A DNA stretch of 54,038 bases from a virus. Lineage: Duplodnaviria; Caudoviricetes. How positions within the stretch are numbered: position 1 is the stretch's first letter; each line of letters begins with the position of its first letter. This document shows positions 51,815 through 54,038 of this stretch, piece by piece. Both the position numbers and the translations under genes were made by a program. The stretch is from IMG/VR virus record IMGVR_UViG_3300048590_000251, positions 1-54,038 of that record; one strand, given 5' to 3'. Below the pieces are notes generated by a model. It was given only the letters and a program-made list of their open reading frames with translations, did not search any database and was not told where the DNA came from.

Positions 51815-54038
51815 ATGGCGCGGTTCGACTCATCCCCCCGGTTTTCGGCAACGAGATTCCACAGCGCCAGATTCGGCCGGAGCCCCGCCGCCCCCGCCGG
51901 TCCCGTTTTCACGGTCCAACCTGTCCTCACCGGCACCCCGACCGTGGGCCAGACGCTATCCGGCAGCACCGGCACGGCGACCGGCACCGGAACCGTCAGC
52001 TATGCGCGCCAGTGGCTGCGCGACGGCGTGGCGATCAGCGGGGCGACGGGCGCGACCTATGTCGCGCAGGCGGCGGATGACGGCACCACCGTGACCGTGC
52101 GGGTGGCCGCGACAGACGACAACGGCACCACCTATGCGACCTCGAACGGGCTGGCGATCAGCTATGCCAAGGCTGTCGCGGCTGGCGCGCTGGCGGATCA
52201 ATCCTACACGCAGGGCACCGGCGACCAGACCGTCAACGCGGCGACGGACTTCACCGGCGCGACTGGCGGCACATGGTCGGTCTCGGGCGGAGGTGCGTCG
52301 ATCGACGGCAGCGGCGTTGTCACCATCCCGACGACCTCGCTGCTGGCCGGGGTGACGATCACCGTCAGCTATACCAACTCGGGCGGCGTGGCATCGAGCG
52401 CGTTCCAAGTCACGGTCGCGGCGGCTGCCTCGTTCACCACGACGCTGGTATCCTCGCTCACCTATCGTGGCATCACCGCCAATTTCTCGCCCTCCGTTCT
52501 TCTGGGCTACGATGCGACGGGCCGACCGATTGTCGTCACCGACCGGGAAATCCGGCTCACCAGTTTCAGCACCCCGTCCACCGCCGACAAGCACGGCGCG
52601 ATGCGGCGTCCCCGAGCGACCGACAATGCCACGTCTGCGCAGGGATGGGATACCATCATCGGAACAGCCCCGGTGAGCGGGACCGGCAAGATTGCCTACG
52701 ACCCGGCGCTCAACGTCGATCCGGGCAAGACAGGAGCGGATTTTGTCGTCGCCTTGGGGGCGCGAGACAGCATCGTCAAATCGACGCGGCGGACCGATAC
52801 CTCGACCTATCGGCAACTGAACCAGTTGATGACGATCATGTTCCTGCCGCCTGGCGACTGCTTCGACGGCATGATTGCGCCCGGTCCGTCCGACCCGGAT
52901 GGCACGATCTACAACTCCGCCGATATCGACCTGACGGCGTTCCGCAACCTGTCGAAACCGAGCGGCTTCCCGACCGTCGCGGAGGTGATGTCGCTGGACG
53001 AGGAGGCATGGCCCTACTACGGCTGGTCCGGCGAGAACCTGCGCCGCATCCAGACGGCGGGCTGGGCCTCGGCCGAGAACTATTCCGGCAACATCGCCCA
53101 ATATACCAGCCAGTTGCTCTATGCCGGGCATTATGCGGGCAACGACACTGACCGCATGACCATCGCCCTGGCGCTGATCCGGCATGGCCTGGATATCGAC
53201 GCCGCCGTCACGGGCGCGGGATGGCCGGGAATCAAGGGGGCCGGACAGGGGCATATCCATGCCCAGCCGCACTACGCCGCCGCCTTCCTGCTTGGCGACA
53301 GCGATCTGCTGGATCGCGCGGTTGCGACCGAGAGCAATGCTTTCATGCACCCATCGCTGAACGGGTCGGAACTCGAGGGCATGTATGTGCAGTTTCCGTC
53401 CAGCAATGGGCAGAAATCGCATTACCAGCGGACGTTCTATGCCGACGACATAGGCAAGCCGTGGTGGATCGAGGTGCAGCGCGGGTCGCAGCCCTCTGCC
53501 CGCTATTCGACGCAGGCGCTGGTGCCGAACATCTATGAGGCGTTCCCCGTGTTCCTGTTGCAGAACGGGCCAAGCGGGGAAACCGGAGCGCAGGCGGCTC
53601 TGGACGGACCCAACGACAGCAGCAACCCGCGCAGCGCGCTGTTGAAGATCTACGACCGGATCAGGTCGTGGCCTGACCTTGCGCGTAGTTTCTCGACCAC
53701 CAGTCCGACCAGTTTCAGCTACGAGACGGCCTTTGCCGACTGGCGGTCCTACATCTCCGGTTTCGGATGGACCGGAACGCCTGACCTCTACGACAGGTCC
53801 GACGCGGCGAAACAGGATTTCACCACCGACATTACCGGCGGGTTCTCCTGGGCGATCCCCGGCACCGAGTATACCGGCAACCAGACGATCACCGAGGTCG
53901 GTGTCGAATACTCGCTGGACGGGGTGCAATACGTCGACACTGGCGTCACGACGCTGACCGGCAGCAAGACCGGGTTGCTGCGGGGCGTGGAGCATATCGG
54001 CCGGTTCCGGCAGAAGAACGCATCGGGGTTCGGGCCGT
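51815..54038 (+). CDS. Large Ig-like/FN3 protein, truncated by the window end (absent from the ORF track)
   Basis: TGTPTVGQTL...YARQWLRDGVAISGATGATY...VTVRVAAT Ig-like motif; same frame reads RQKNASGFGP at the edge. Confidence 0.82.
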   Translation, partial: MARFDSSPRFSATRFHSARFGRSPAAPAGPVFTVQPVLTGTPTVGQTLSGSTGTATGTGTVSYARQWLRDGVAISGATGATYVAQAADDGTTVTVRVAATDDNGTTYATSNGLAISYAKAVAAGALADQSYTQGTGDQTVNAATDFTGATGGTWSVSGGGASIDGSGVVTIPTTSLLAGVTITVSYTNSGGVASSAFQVTVAAAASFTTTLVSSLTYRGITANFSPSVLLGYDATGRPIVVTDREIRLTSFSTPSTADKHGAMRRPRATDNATSAQGWDTIIGTAPVSGTGKIAYDPALNVDPGKTGADFVVALGARDSIVKSTRRTDTSTYRQLNQLMTIMFLPPGDCFDGMIAPGPSDPDGTIYNSADIDLTAFRNLSKPSGFPTVAEVMSLDEEAWPYYGWSGENLRRIQTAGWASAENYSGNIAQYTSQLLYAGHYAGNDTDRMTIALALIRHGLDIDAAVTGAGWPGIKGAGQGHIHAQPHYAAAFLLGDSDLLDRAVATESNAFMHPSLNGSELEGMYVQFPSSNGQKSHYQRTFYADDIGKPWWIEVQRGSQPSARYSTQALVPNIYEAFPVFLLQNGPSGETGAQAALDGPNDSSNPRSALLKIYDRIRSWPDLARSFSTTSPTSFSYETAFADWRSYISGFGWTGTPDLYDRSDAAKQDFTTDITGGFSWAIPGTEYTGNQTITEVGVEYSLDGVQYVDTGVTTLTGSKTGLLRGVEHIGRFRQKNASGFGP

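Larger units (their letters stand above)
1..54038. mobile_element. Temperate podovirus-type phage genome (partial), organisation reminiscent of Bcep22-like phages (integrase, RecT, giant DarB-like protein)
   Basis: Continuous phage gene order from integrase to lysis; no tape-measure or sheath genes; no recognisable host housekeeping genes. Confidence 0.95.

Noticed and set aside
1-54038. CRISPR array, diversity-generating retroelement, retron, IS element, rRNA
   Set aside because: No repeat-spacer array, reverse transcriptase, transposase or rRNA-like sequence recognised by eye.

Overview
The whole window is a GC-rich temperate podovirus genome (or excised prophage), probably of an alphaproteobacterial, Rhodobacteraceae-like host; this is inferred from GapR, an alpha-type LexA domain and the integrase type. 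Order: intact attP and tyrosine integrase; leftward early operon (GapR, LexA DNA-binding domain only, HNH, RecT, MerR); XRE repressor/Cro switch with about 8 operators; replication genes; two DNA methyltransferase loci; terminase, portal, scaffold, a CsrA-like gene, major capsid; short-tail and ejection proteins; a ~5320-aa polyvalent DarB-like protein; lysis cassette; and a large Ig/FN3-like gene truncated at the right edge. Main unexpected signals: (1) three small genes with their own SD sites overprinted in the +1 frame inside linkers of the giant protein; (2) a phage CsrA-like gene with matching GGA-loop hairpins at capsid, lysis and other ribosome-binding regions; (3) a C5 methyltransferase apparently split over two fully overlapping frames; (4) tandem NrdR-like boxes at the terS and capsid promoters, interleaved with repressor operators at terS; (5) an antisense ORF resembling the repressor C-terminus. 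All family calls are by motif recognition; no searches were run.
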